A stretch of 64,000 nt of DNA from an uncultured Methanoregulaceae archaeon (GTDB lineage: Archaea > Halobacteriota > Methanomicrobia > Methanomicrobiales > Methanospirillaceae). Both the position numbers and the translations under genes were made by a program. The notes below the pieces were generated by a model. The model did not search any database. It was not told the DNA's origin and saw only the letters and a program-made list of their open reading frames with translations. Location: the NCBI GenBank assembly GCA_963705255.1, contig OY970061.1, forward strand, positions 1,984,001 through 2,048,000, read 5' to 3'. This document shows, one piece after another, positions 52,150-62,182 of the stretch; the first letter of the stretch is position 1; the number at the start of each line of letters is the position of its first letter.

Positions 52150-52423
52150 AAAAGATCGGGAACCATCACCGCCATCTTTTCCGGAGACCTATGAGCCTGA
52201 TCGGGACAGCCCGTTTGAGATCGTAATTCCGGGCGGGGACCAATTCCATTCTGCTTGTACCGGGTAGACGCTCTTAATCGTTCCCGGAAAAACGGGTGAT
52301 GAAGATACCGGGCCTTCGCTGGGATTATATCATAACCCCCAATAAAACACTATAGTCATATTGGATTTATGGCGAGAGATATGATATGCTATTCCGGAGA
52401 AACAGTATCCCAGAGTTTCCCGC

Positions 52424-54239
52424 ATGAAGATACGAACCCGCACCCGACTGATTCTGGTAACCACATTGATCATTTTCCTGATTGTTTTGAGTTTCATCAC
52501 CCAGGCAATCATCCTCCAGTCGTTCGGAATTATTGAGAAGCAGGAGACCACATCCCATGTCCAGCGTTTTATTTCCCAGCTCAACAACGAGATAGAAACC
52601 GTGGCAGCCACCTGCCATGACTGGGCAGACCGCGATGAAACCGCGGCGATTTTTACAAACCCGGACGGGGAGCAGGATTCCTCGCGGCTCTTCCAGTCGG
52701 TCTCGATGAAAGACCTCGGAATCGATTACATCATCGTCTACAATGCCAGCGGGAACCGTGTTTTCTCCGAAACCATTTCCAGGAACGGAAATACTGTCGA
52801 GGATGCTCCTCTCGAACTTGACACCATCGTCCATGATAGTATACTACCCGAGGGATTTTCCGGGGGTGTCTCCGGACGGAGGGGGATCTCCTCCATCAAT
52901 AATGATCCCGTCATCCTTGTCGGTTATCCTGTCCTGTACGGTAACCCGTCTAATTCCACGGCGGGGACTCTCGTCATGGCCCGTCTCCTCGATTCTGAAA
53001 GGATCAGCGACATTGATACGATGCTTCAGCTGGACGCCACGCTCCTCCCCTACAACCCAAAAACTGCTGATGGAGTACTGTCAGCAGACGAATGGACGAA
53101 AGCAAAAGGGGGGGCGATCATTATCCGTCAGGCGGATGAAAACCATCTGGACGGATTTGCGATCATTACGGGAATAGAGAACGAGCCTTCGTTCTTCCTC
53201 CTGAAAATTGAGACCAACCGCCCGGTCTACCAGGAGGTCCAGAGATCAATCCTGATCGTTGCAACCGCCATCATCTTCCTCAGCATCGCGTTTTTAGTTG
53301 CGATCCAGCTCCTCCTCCAGGGGTTCGTCCTTGCCCCCCTGAATGAATTGGACAACGGTATGAAATCCATAGGAAGGTCCGGTGACCTTACCCTGCGGAT
53401 ACCCGAGAAAGGTGATGAGGAGATCGTCTCCCTCACCCACTCTCTCAACCAGATGCTCGGCCAGATCCAGCAGCAACAGGACGAACTGCATGACCTTCTG
53501 GAAGAGATCGAACAGCAGCGGGATGATCTCAGGGATGCAAGGGAGGTCCTCGCAGAACGAAACCGGGATCTTGAAGAGCTGAACAGGAAGGCAAACCTCT
53601 ACCTCGATATCTACCTCGATGCGATTACGTATGAAATCCTGAACGCGATCATGGGTCTTCGTGGGTATGCCGAACTGTTCCGCCACACGGCGCAGGATTC
53701 AGAGAGAATATTTGCAGATAAAATTATCGCGCTTGCCAAAAAGAGCGACGATGTCATCCGTAATATCGAGACGATCAGCCGCATCTACAAGAATCCCTCC
53801 GAAATAAAAGCGGTGGATCTTGCACCGATTATCAAAAAGGAGATGCAGTCCCGCCCAGGCATCCGCCTCATTATGGAAAACTGCAACCGGACGGTGCTTG
53901 CAAACGACATGCTGGGCGTAGTATTTGACAACCTCTTCTCAAACAGTCTTAAATTCGGAGGAATGGATACCGAGATTACGGTCACAGCCCGTGAGGTTCC
54001 TGAAGGATTATTGGAAATATCCGTCAGTGACACCGGGCCGGGCATTCCCGAGGCTATGAAACCGCTGGTGTTCGACCGGTTTATGCAGGATTCCCGCAAG
54101 CGGAGCAGTTACGGGCTCGGGCTCCATATCGTCAAGATGTTAATAGAGGGCTATGGTGGAAAGGTATGGGCCGATGACAGGATCCCGGGTGACCAGCAGT
54201 CAGGGTACTGCGATACGGTTTACGTTGCGGCTCGCCTGA
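52424..54239 (+). CDS. CHASE4-HAMP sensor kinase (H-box His absent); indel near 54203
   Basis: TM, CHASE4-like DWADRDE...GTLVMAR, HAMP, NLFSNSLKF, DTGPG, GLGL; the natural end GTAIRFTLRLA-stop (54237-54239) is in a shifted frame. Confidence 0.85.
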
Positions 54240-54487
54240 ACGGGCCGGTTACAATCCTGACGGGGTGTGCAGATTGCATTCCCCTCCGATGCAACGCTGG
54301 AACCGGTAGCGGAATGCCAGGGAGGTGACAGGAAGATAGCGACTGATGAGGGACACAGCTGCCAGCGGTTCTGATAAATTGAGGTTGGCAGGAAATTGTA
54401 ATGAAGTGAAAAACCGGTCACCAACCACTCCTTATCTGAACCCGCAGATGCACCAGAACCTTTTTCCCCACCCGGCAGGATCGTTAC

Positions 54488-54973
54488 ATGAGAATTACCA
54501 TGACAATCAGGGTAGTCTATTACTCGTGGAAAGGGCACACGGAGAAGGTCGCAACTGCCCTCGCAAAGCTGCTGGATGCAGAGCTGGTACGGATAGAGCC
54601 GGTCCGTGACCGTGGCGTTGCAGGAAAAGCGATGAAGGCGTTCTTTGGGATGAAATCGCCAATCAAAACGACGAAGACCGATCTCACCGGTATTGACACT
54701 CTCGTCATCGCGAGCCCGGTCTGGGCCGGGAAAGTACCTGCGTACGTCAATACGTACCTCGATTCGGTTACGGGCGGCAGCGGAAAACCGTTCCACGTGC
54801 TCGTTGAGATGGGTGGCCGCGGCGACCAGTCCGCCATCACTGTCGTGAGAAAGGCGCTTGAGCAGAAGGGAATGACGTTTGTCTCGTCCGTATCGACCAT
54901 CGAAAAGGATATCGACAGCGGATCGTTCGCAGGGACTCTGGAAAAATTCGCAACCGGCATCCGGAAACAGTAA
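54488..54973 (+). CDS. Flavodoxin-like protein
   Basis: VYYSWKGHTEKVA, IASPVWAG. Confidence 0.85.
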   Translation: MRITMTIRVVYYSWKGHTEKVATALAKLLDAELVRIEPVRDRGVAGKAMKAFFGMKSPIKTTKTDLTGIDTLVIASPVWAGKVPAYVNTYLDSVTGGSGKPFHVLVEMGGRGDQSAITVVRKALEQKGMTFVSSVSTIEKDIDSGSFAGTLEKFATGIRKQ

Positions 54974-55040
54974 CCCGGGAGATGCCGCACCGCCGGATTC
55001 TGGATTATTCACATAATCCAGTTCAGGAGTTTACAGGTAA

Positions 55041-55123
55041 TGCGAGAAGCAGGAGTTGAACCTGCGAACGCCTGCGCGAATCGATCTTGAGTCGATCACC
55101 GTTGACCACTTGGTTATTCTCGC
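55041..55123 (-). tRNA. tRNA-Leu (CAA)
   Basis: GCGAGAA acceptor / TTCTCGC-A, D arm with TGG, anticodon arm ATCGA-CTCAAGA-TCGAT, long variable arm, GCAGG-TTCAACT-CCTGC; BRE/TATA-like AAAAGCTTATA about 25-35 nt upstream. Confidence 0.95.
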
Positions 55124-55277
55124 TCAGATTGTATTTGGTGCGGAGCAGTATAAGCTTTTGAGTAGATGTATATTTTTCCAAAATTGTTGGTAAAACCCTG
55201 TCTCAATCACTGGTGGCCGGGCCTGGTTATCCCAGCGCCTGTGCAGGGTCGGCAAGGGAAAAGCCTGCGGTCACCGA

Positions 55278-58200
55278 TCACATAAAATCCGCAAGCCCGA
55301 GCTGCTGCTGTTTCTCCTCTCCGAACGTGGAGGTGATCGCAAGGTCAAGCACCTCGACCCGCTGCTTGGTATACTCGGAGACCTTGTATTTCCGGCAGAT
55401 CTCCCGGGACATTTCGAGGTATTTCTTCACCGAGCCTTCATGCACGGTGGGGATGATGTTGCCGTTGCAGATCCCTTTCCCCCTGAACTTCGTACATTTC
55501 CCGGCAAGCGGCATCCGCCGGTAGCTCGTGTTGCATTTCGTGCACCGGAACTTCTGCTTGGAGAACGCCGAGAGGTTGCCCATGAGGTCGCGGATGAAAT
55601 GCGTGGTGAGGACCCGTTCCGCCACGTCGTCCGCGTCAACGGCCCGGATCTTCTCGGCAAGTACCAGTTCGGCCCCGAGTTTGTCTGTCATGGTCTTGAG
55701 CTGGGTATACATGGACTCCAGCGGGCCGGCGGAGATATCGGAAGTATCGTGGGTGAACTGGAACCCCTCGACCTGCGCCGGCGTACCGACCCGTTTTTCC
55801 ACCCGGTCGATCAGTGCCGCAATGGTCTTGGGATCGGCGTAGGCGAGCGCACTGGTATAGAGTTCCAGAGGGTAATGATCGCAGACGTCTACGTTCAGGG
55901 CTTCCTTGTCGATCTCGGCGGGGTCGATCCTGCTCGTCAGCACCAGGGGAGCGTCCATCGACCCGCCCCGGTTCTGCGGCAGGAACGAACGCGAGAAGTT
56001 GATGAGCCCGTCGAGGAGGAGCATGATGCAGTCCTCGTCGCCATCGCACTGGCCGGTGAAGATGCCGTTGGCAACAAGGGTGTGGTCGTCCGCGACCGTC
56101 ATGCAGTAGACCCGTTCGTCCGGCGCCGGCACGGCATCAGCGGCAACGATGCGGTCGGCAAGAACGCACGATCCTTCGAAGACGGGTACCGCATCACCTG
56201 CTTTGAGCTCCACCGCCCTGATCTTCCTCAGGTAACCGGTGTCCCAGACAAGCATCGCGTGATCGGGGGTCACAACGAGCTCTTTTCCCCGTGAGGTCGT
56301 GAACCGGATCAGCGAGGCGGGGGAGCGGTGGATGGACACCGACGTGATCCTGCGGAGATGGATCTGGCCGCCGGTATCCACGGTCCGGGTGAGGAAAGGG
56401 AGGGCCGGGTCCGAATAATAGGTTCCGAGTCGGTCTAGGCCGGGGCGGGTCAGGTCGAAGTTCTCCAGCACGAACTTCCGTATCTGGCATTTCGTCCAGC
56501 TCTTCCCGTCGTAGACCTCGACCGTGGTATCGCCATAGAAGCAGTTGCGGCGCTTTGCAGCATGGAAGAACGGGTGGGCATATCCTACATTCGCACGCGT
56601 GAATCCGACGATCCGGGCGAGGACCCCGGCGCTCGTGTGCGGGGCGAGCCCGATGACGAGGTGCCCGACGAGATCGGCTGGCTCTTTCACATTGTAGAAC
56701 GGCTCAAGCCCGTAACACTTGACGAGCAGGTCGTCCATGAACTGCGCCACGCTGACCATGTACTCGGCGCAGGAGTCGGAGACAAGGATGTCCTGCGGGT
56801 GGATCTCCACGACCTGCGAACCGTTCTGGAGGTCATATCCCCGCGTATCCCTGACATAGCCGAGCGAGCGGAGTTTTGATACGGAGACCCGCACTTCGTC
56901 CGGGCGGATGTGGGTGAGGGGCAGATCGATCATATCGAACCTTGTTGTGCCGTCCTTGAAGACAAAGATATTGCGGGCAGCCCGGAGGATCCCTTTTTCC
57001 ATAGCCTCCACGGTCTTTTCCCGTGAGATCACCCCTTTCACCCCTTTCACGAGCGCGACGCTGTCTACCTTAAGGCCCAGCCGTTCCATCACCTTTGCGT
57101 ATTCCGCCTTCATATTCAGGGTGACCCGCTGGCTGCAGCTGGTGGGGACGTTGCACGCCGGGCAGCGGTCAACCGTTGTCTCCCTCCCGCACTTGGGGCA
57201 GGTGGTGATGGGAACGGTGTGGGCGCCGCACTTCTCGCACCGGTTCAGGTACGTGATCTCCTGGCACCCGCTGCACCGCCGTCTCCCGACTTCTATCTCG
57301 ATGATCCCGCCCTCTTTCTGGAAGTCGAGGTCGGTGTTGTTCGCGTCCACCTCCGCCGTATGGGCAGATGCAGACTGGAACGAGCGGCGGTTGCCACCGG
57401 AGTCCCCGAGCGGGAAGAGTACGTGCGGCGGCGGATTCATCTTGCGGGGCTTGGATTTCCCGGGCCTGCCCATGCGCCCGCCGATCCGGGTCCCGGACCG
57501 GGACCTGAGCCGGAACCCGGACAGGTGGGTGACGAGGTCCAGGGGTTTTTCCGGCAGCGGTTCGTTCCAGACCGCCTGTTTCTTCAGGTTCCCGTCAAGG
57601 CCCAGGCAGGCGATAAGCGAGCGGTAGTTCCTGATCTTCACGACTCCTTCCCACACTTCATGGGGGATGAGGAGCTCTTCGAGAATAATCTTTATTTCCG
57701 GTTCCTGCGGGAGGTGGAGGCAGTTGTCCTGCACCGTACCGCTGCCGGATACGGCCCCGGCGAGGGACGCGATCTGCCCGGCCGTGATATCGTCCCAGAA
57801 CCAGGTGTACGCGGGGTGGAGGTAACCCCCTGCCCGGGCGAGGGCGAGCGCCTCATTCTCGTCGGCCGGCGGTTTTGTGCCAGGTCCGGTGTCAAGCAGC
57901 CACCACTCCTCGCAGTACCCGGCAGGGACGAGCGGGTGGTTGTTCTCGAGGAACTCGCCAAACGATATGAGGATCTCCCCGACATCGAGGATCCTCTCGA
58001 CCGAGGGGGAAAGTGTCTTAGCGGTGACCTCGTCATCGATGCGGAGCACCGTGCCCCCGGTGAGGCGGACGGTTGGCCCCTCGATCGAATCGACCGGCAC
58101 CACGCCGCACGCCTTGCCCGGGCGCTCGGTCTTCATCTGCGTGCCGACCGCAAGAAATTCCCCGAGGATGTGCAGGGTCGCCGGGTGGAGCCCGGCAGCG

Positions 58201-59189
58201 GCAAACCCCGTGTTCCGCGATCTCCCGTACCGGAGCCGGAACCCGCCTTTGCGCATCGGGTACGCAAAGACGGGGCGGCCGCCGATAAGGTCGCGGAGGT
58301 ACTTGTCGAGAGGTCTGATACCGGCCGTCTTCTCGCTCTCGCCGGATTTTGCCCCGGCAATGAGCTTGTCCAGCCAGTCCCAGCCCCCCATCTTCATCTT
58401 CTCGACCCGGCTCTTGAGCTTGCGTGCCTTGCCGGCGATGCCTTCCCCGATCACGAGGGCCATGCCGCCCCGCACGACATTCGTCTCCACCCTCTCGAGG
58501 TTCCGGTGCCCCGAAACCTCCTCCTGCTCGGTCGCTTCGCCATCGATGCAGACCGGGCAGTTCTCGATGATGAGCCGGATCTCCGCCTCGCTCGGCAGGT
58601 ACTGGAGGTTCATGATGGAGTTGTACTGCCGGATCTCCTCGATGTAGCGCTCAACCTCCTCCTGCCGGGGGATGTACCGCCCGATCCCGAGCTTCTGGCG
58701 GACGTAGTCCCCTACGAGCACCGACAGTGCCTGGGCAGTACCGCCGGCACTCCGGATCGGTCCTGCGTAATAGATCATCAGGTACCGGGTCCCGTCATCG
58801 TTCCTGCCGAGCCCGATCTTCGCGATCCCTTCCGTCGGTGCTGCCACGACACCTTCGGTCAGGAGTGCCATGGCGGTGCGGATGGAATGGTCGAGGATCT
58901 CGTCAGTGTTCTTTTCGCCGAACTTTCTCGCGACAAAATCATCGCCGATGCGGAGTGCGACCTCCTCGCGGGACATCTGCTGCTCGAGCTCGCGGATACG
59001 TACCGCAACTCCTTTGATCCCGAGAAGGGCTTCCACACGGTCGGCGAGATCGCTTGCGATGGGGATCTCGACATCCGTTGTCGGGTCGAGGTCGCGGGAA
59101 CGCGCCTCCTTGGCTATCGCAATTGCGCGGAGGAGCTCGTCCATCAGGGACTTTTCGTACGCCTCCATCGCGGGCGAGAGCACAAGCAT
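55278..59189 (-). CDS. polC: DNA polymerase D (Pol II) large subunit DP2, intein-containing
   Basis: [41 protein letters not shown]...[15 protein letters not shown]-terminal Zn finger and LADFM. Confidence 0.97.
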   Translation of the reverse strand: MLVLSPAMEAYEKSLMDELLRAIAIAKEARSRDLDPTTDVEIPIASDLADRVEALLGIKGVAVRIRELEQQMSREEVALRIGDDFVARKFGEKNTDEILDHSIRTAMALLTEGVVAAPTEGIAKIGLGRNDDGTRYLMIYYAGPIRSAGGTAQALSVLVGDYVRQKLGIGRYIPRQEEVERYIEEIRQYNSIMNLQYLPSEAEIRLIIENCPVCIDGEATEQEEVSGHRNLERVETNVVRGGMALVIGEGIAGKARKLKSRVEKMKMGGWDWLDKLIAGAKSGESEKTAGIRPLDKYLRDLIGGRPVFAYPMRKGGFRLRYGRSRNTGFAAAGLHPATLHILGEFLAVGTQMKTERPGKACGVVPVDSIEGPTVRLTGGTVLRIDDEVTAKTLSPSVERILDVGEILISFGEFLENNHPLVPAGYCEEWWLLDTGPGTKPPADENEALALARAGGYLHPAYTWFWDDITAGQIASLAGAVSGSGTVQDNCLHLPQEPEIKIILEELLIPHEVWEGVVKIRNYRSLIACLGLDGNLKKQAVWNEPLPEKPLDLVTHLSGFRLRSRSGTRIGGRMGRPGKSKPRKMNPPPHVLFPLGDSGGNRRSFQSASAHTAEVDANNTDLDFQKEGGIIEIEVGRRRCSGCQEITYLNRCEKCGAHTVPITTCPKCGRETTVDRCPACNVPTSCSQRVTLNMKAEYAKVMERLGLKVDSVALVKGVKGVISREKTVEAMEKGILRAARNIFVFKDGTTRFDMIDLPLTHIRPDEVRVSVSKLRSLGYVRDTRGYDLQNGSQVVEIHPQDILVSDSCAEYMVSVAQFMDDLLVKCYGLEPFYNVKEPADLVGHLVIGLAPHTSAGVLARIVGFTRANVGYAHPFFHAAKRRNCFYGDTTVEVYDGKSWTKCQIRKFVLENFDLTRPGLDRLGTYYSDPALPFLTRTVDTGGQIHLRRITSVSIHRSPASLIRFTTSRGKELVVTPDHAMLVWDTGYLRKIRAVELKAGDAVPVFEGSCVLADRIVAADAVPAPDERVYCMTVADDHTLVANGIFTGQCDGDEDCIMLLLDGLINFSRSFLPQNRGGSMDAPLVLTSRIDPAEIDKEALNVDVCDHYPLELYTSALAYADPKTIAALIDRVEKRVGTPAQVEGFQFTHDTSDISAGPLESMYTQLKTMTDKLGAELVLAEKIRAVDADDVAERVLTTHFIRDLMGNLSAFSKQKFRCTKCNTSYRRMPLAGKCTKFRGKGICNGNIIPTVHEGSVKKYLEMSREICRKYKVSEYTKQRVEVLDLAITSTFGEEKQQQLGLADFM
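56049..56543 (-). mobile_element. Mini-intein (165 aa, Cys start, Gly-Gln end, +1 Cys) in polC
   Basis: Splits KRRN|CDGDED; block A CFYGDT, block B VTPDH, block F VYCMTV, end NGIFTGQ; no homing endonuclease. Confidence 0.93.
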
Positions 59190-59699
59190 ACCGGTACGAT
59201 GGGTGGGAGGAGATTTATGGGTTCGGTTTCGGGACCGCTCGTACGACCGTGGTTCAGTTCTTAAAAAAGTTTGGGAATGATCAATAATCAGCCCCGAATG
59301 CGGCGACAACTTCATATTTTTTAGTCTGTAAAAATCCATTTTCGTGTATTATGATTCCCCCCCTCTTGCGCCACCAGAGTCGCAGAGCCACAGGCTCTTC
59401 TCCAGCCTGCTCTTTCAAAGAGCAGCCTTCCCCCGATGGGGGATGATGAGGGTCTTCAGACCCGAAGCAGGAGAAGAACGGGAACCGTTCTTCGACCCGG
59501 GGCGCATTGGGATGACACCAGAATAGGTAATACGGCACTATCGCAATTGGGGGGTGCCCGAGCGGCGGGGGCGTAGCCCCCGAGAGCGGATTTCTTATGA
59601 TTTTGACTTCAATTGATTGGGTATTTGCTTTTCTCATTACCAATTTGGGGGCAGATGTTTTAAAATTACCAAAAGTTTTTAGAGATACTGCTCCCGCAG

Positions 59700-60239
59700 T
59701 CACTCTTTGTCCTGTATGCTCTCCACTATCGACGGCAGCCCCGTCTCGCCCATCTGCCAGAGGGTCAGCGTTGCGCAGGACCTCATGACTCCATCAGCAT
59801 CTGCAAGCCGGCGCGTGAGGGGTTCAACCGCGGGCTTTCCGATCCTGCACAAGGCAAGCGAGAGGACTCCCCTCAGCTCCCGGTCGTCGCTTCCCATCGC
59901 ATCGATCAGGGGCTCGACTGCAGGCCCTCCCATTCCGCCCAGTGCTGCCGCCGCATAGCGCCGGAACTCCTTATCCGTGTTCTCTTTCATGGCCGTAATA
60001 ACCGGGATTACCGCCGGCCCGCCGATTTTTGAAAGTGTCACTGCCACATACCAGCGCTGATCGTTATCCTCTGCTTCCGCAAGGAACCGGATCAGGGCTG
60101 CCACCGCAGGCTCCCCGCAGGCTGCAAGACCTGCTACCGCATTGTGCCGCTCATCGATGGACGGGTCACCAAATGCAGCGATAAGCCGCCTGATCTCTGT
60201 TGCGGGGGGTTTCCTCGTTTTCTTGCTTTTCGGGTTCAT
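59700..60239 (-). CDS. HEAT/PBS-lyase repeat protein
   Basis: Repeated A..L..IG.PAV.PL units. Confidence 0.85.
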   Translation of the reverse strand: MNPKSKKTRKPPATEIRRLIAAFGDPSIDERHNAVAGLAACGEPAVAALIRFLAEAEDNDQRWYVAVTLSKIGGPAVIPVITAMKENTDKEFRRYAAAALGGMGGPAVEPLIDAMGSDDRELRGVLSLALCRIGKPAVEPLTRRLADADGVMRSCATLTLWQMGETGLPSIVESIQDKE

Positions 60240-60313
60240 ACAACGACGCTCGGCTATCGTTATTCTCTGTGTTGTTCCTCCTTATAGAAGAAGTGTGGGG
60301 AACTGGTCGTATC

Positions 60314-61442
60314 TCAGGCAAAACCCAGGATCGCCGGAACAAACAGGATACCAAAAACGAGGACCATCAGGGCAAGTCCGATCGGGATACCGGTCCTTGC
60401 CCATTCTGCGCTCGTGATCTCCAGTTTACCTGCAGCAATAATATTCGGAATGTTCCCCGGGATCAGCATTCCTCCCGCTATCATGAGTCCCATGAGGGCG
60501 CCCACAACCTGCTGGAGCGAGAGGGCGGGACTTATCTCAGCAGCGGCAAGCGTCGCATTGTCGAGGACGGCCGAGATGATATTGATCCAGTACAGGCCAG
60601 CCCCCGGGATCATGGCGATATATCCCAGGATCAGGGGCCTGAACCCCTCGCCAAGGAATATGAGGGCCATGATGAAGAGGTAGACCTTGCCGGCACGGAC
60701 CACTATGTCAGCCAATTTTTCGCGTTCAATGATACATTCCAGCAGGGTGTCTCCGGTATGGGATCTCCGGAAGAGAACGAGTCCGACGATCCCGAGACCG
60801 AAGACCGAGGGAACAATGTACAGTCCCAGGTTCTGGAGGAGGAACCCGAACCCGGCATGGTACGGTTCGCCGGAAAGTTTGGAGACGACGATGGTCGAGA
60901 GCGGTTCTCCAAGGGGTGTCAGACCGGCACCGAGACCGATAGAGAAACATGCGACAACTGCAAGTTCGATCTTCGACCGCCTCCCGACCGGGAGGGCATT
61001 GACGATCTCGACAAGGATGATGGCCGCAAGGATCGCCGAAATGATGCTCGAGACAAGTCCGAGAATGATGATCACGGAGGGCACGATAACCGTGAGGGGG
61101 ACGGTCTCGATCAGCCGGGTGAATACGTCCTGCAGCTGAGGGTGAAAGAGATAGATCACGATTCCTACGATGAGGACGATCTGGACTATCCCGACGGGAA
61201 TACCTGCTATTGTTGCGATATTGAGCGGGATGGTCAGCGATTCAAGGACGATACGGGCACTCCAGACCGGTGGTCTCGCCGGGAATAACTGCAAACCCGG
61301 AGAGCGTGAGCGCAACGGTCCCGCAGAGAAACAGGAACAATTCCAGGTTCCGTTCAATGATCTTTACTCTGAATGGCAGGACCAGTACAAGGATGAAGAT
61401 GATCAGGAGTCCGGTATTGACAAAAACATCCACCTGTCCCAT
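60314..61442 (-). CDS. DUF1646 family membrane protein; indel near 61266
   Basis: IERNLELFLF, GLGAGLTPLGEPLSTI, LDNATLAAAE, GGMLIPGNIPNII. Confidence 0.85.
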
Positions 61443-61834
61443 CCCCGGTTATTCCGCCCGGTACCTGCCGGTCGCTGGTCTTTAGGTTGTGCGGCCATGA
61501 GATTAATGGATTCCTTTTTCTGCAGCCGGGTGGAAAGAACCGTAAGGGTATGACCTTCGGGTAAGAAAGTATATATCCAACCTCGGGGGAATACACCAAT
61601 TGATCGTTTCTGGAGCGGTAAAAATGACCCGGGACATCACCGCGATCATCGGGACCATGCGGAACAATGCCGTAGGAAGGTGCAGGGAGCGGATCGAGCA
61701 GGCCGCCTGGAAAGCCCGGGAACTTGCTGCGGGCGGACACAAGGCTGATGCGAAGAAGGAGCCGCTGAACAGCGAACCTCAGTGCGGCGTCACGAGCATT
61801 TTGAAGCGAAGGCATGGCTTATAGGGGAGGAACC

Positions 61835-62155
61835 ATGGAAGATGAAAAAACCCTGCTCCAGCAGATACGGGAAAAGGAGCAGGAATTCACCAGGAAGATC
61901 GATATGGTCAGGGCCGAGACCGAGGCTGCAGTCGCTGCCGCAAGGTCGGACGCGGAAGACCTGCTCTGTACTGCGGACAGCGCCGGGAAAACTGCTGCCG
62001 AGCAGCTGTACTGGAAAGAGAAAGGGAAGGCAGAGATTGAGATAGAAGAGCTGAAAAAAACGGCCGCAACCGAGAGCGAGGCAGTATCTGAACGGGGAAA
62101 ACGGAACCTTGCCGCTGCGGTGAAAAGGGTTGTCGGCTATGTGACGTTGGAATAG
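61835..62155 (+). CDS. A/V-type ATPase peripheral stalk subunit (H/G-like)
   Basis: SD GGAGG; charged Ala/Glu/Lys coiled coil directly upstream of subunit I. Confidence 0.75.
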   Translation: MEDEKTLLQQIREKEQEFTRKIDMVRAETEAAVAAARSDAEDLLCTADSAGKTAAEQLYWKEKGKAEIEIEELKKTAATESEAVSERGKRNLAAAVKRVVGYVTLE

Positions 62156-62182
62156 TCCGGAACGATTCCGGAGAGGAGTGGT

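Noticed and set aside
57219-59264. 681-aa plus-strand ORF (similarly 44423..45949, 38074..39315, 60200..61288, 10939..11883)
   Set aside because: Antisense shadows of well-supported GC3-rich genes, with no recognisable motifs
61600-61824. Small ORF upstream of the ATPase operon
   Set aside because: No motif or clear ribosome-binding support; may be leader sequence
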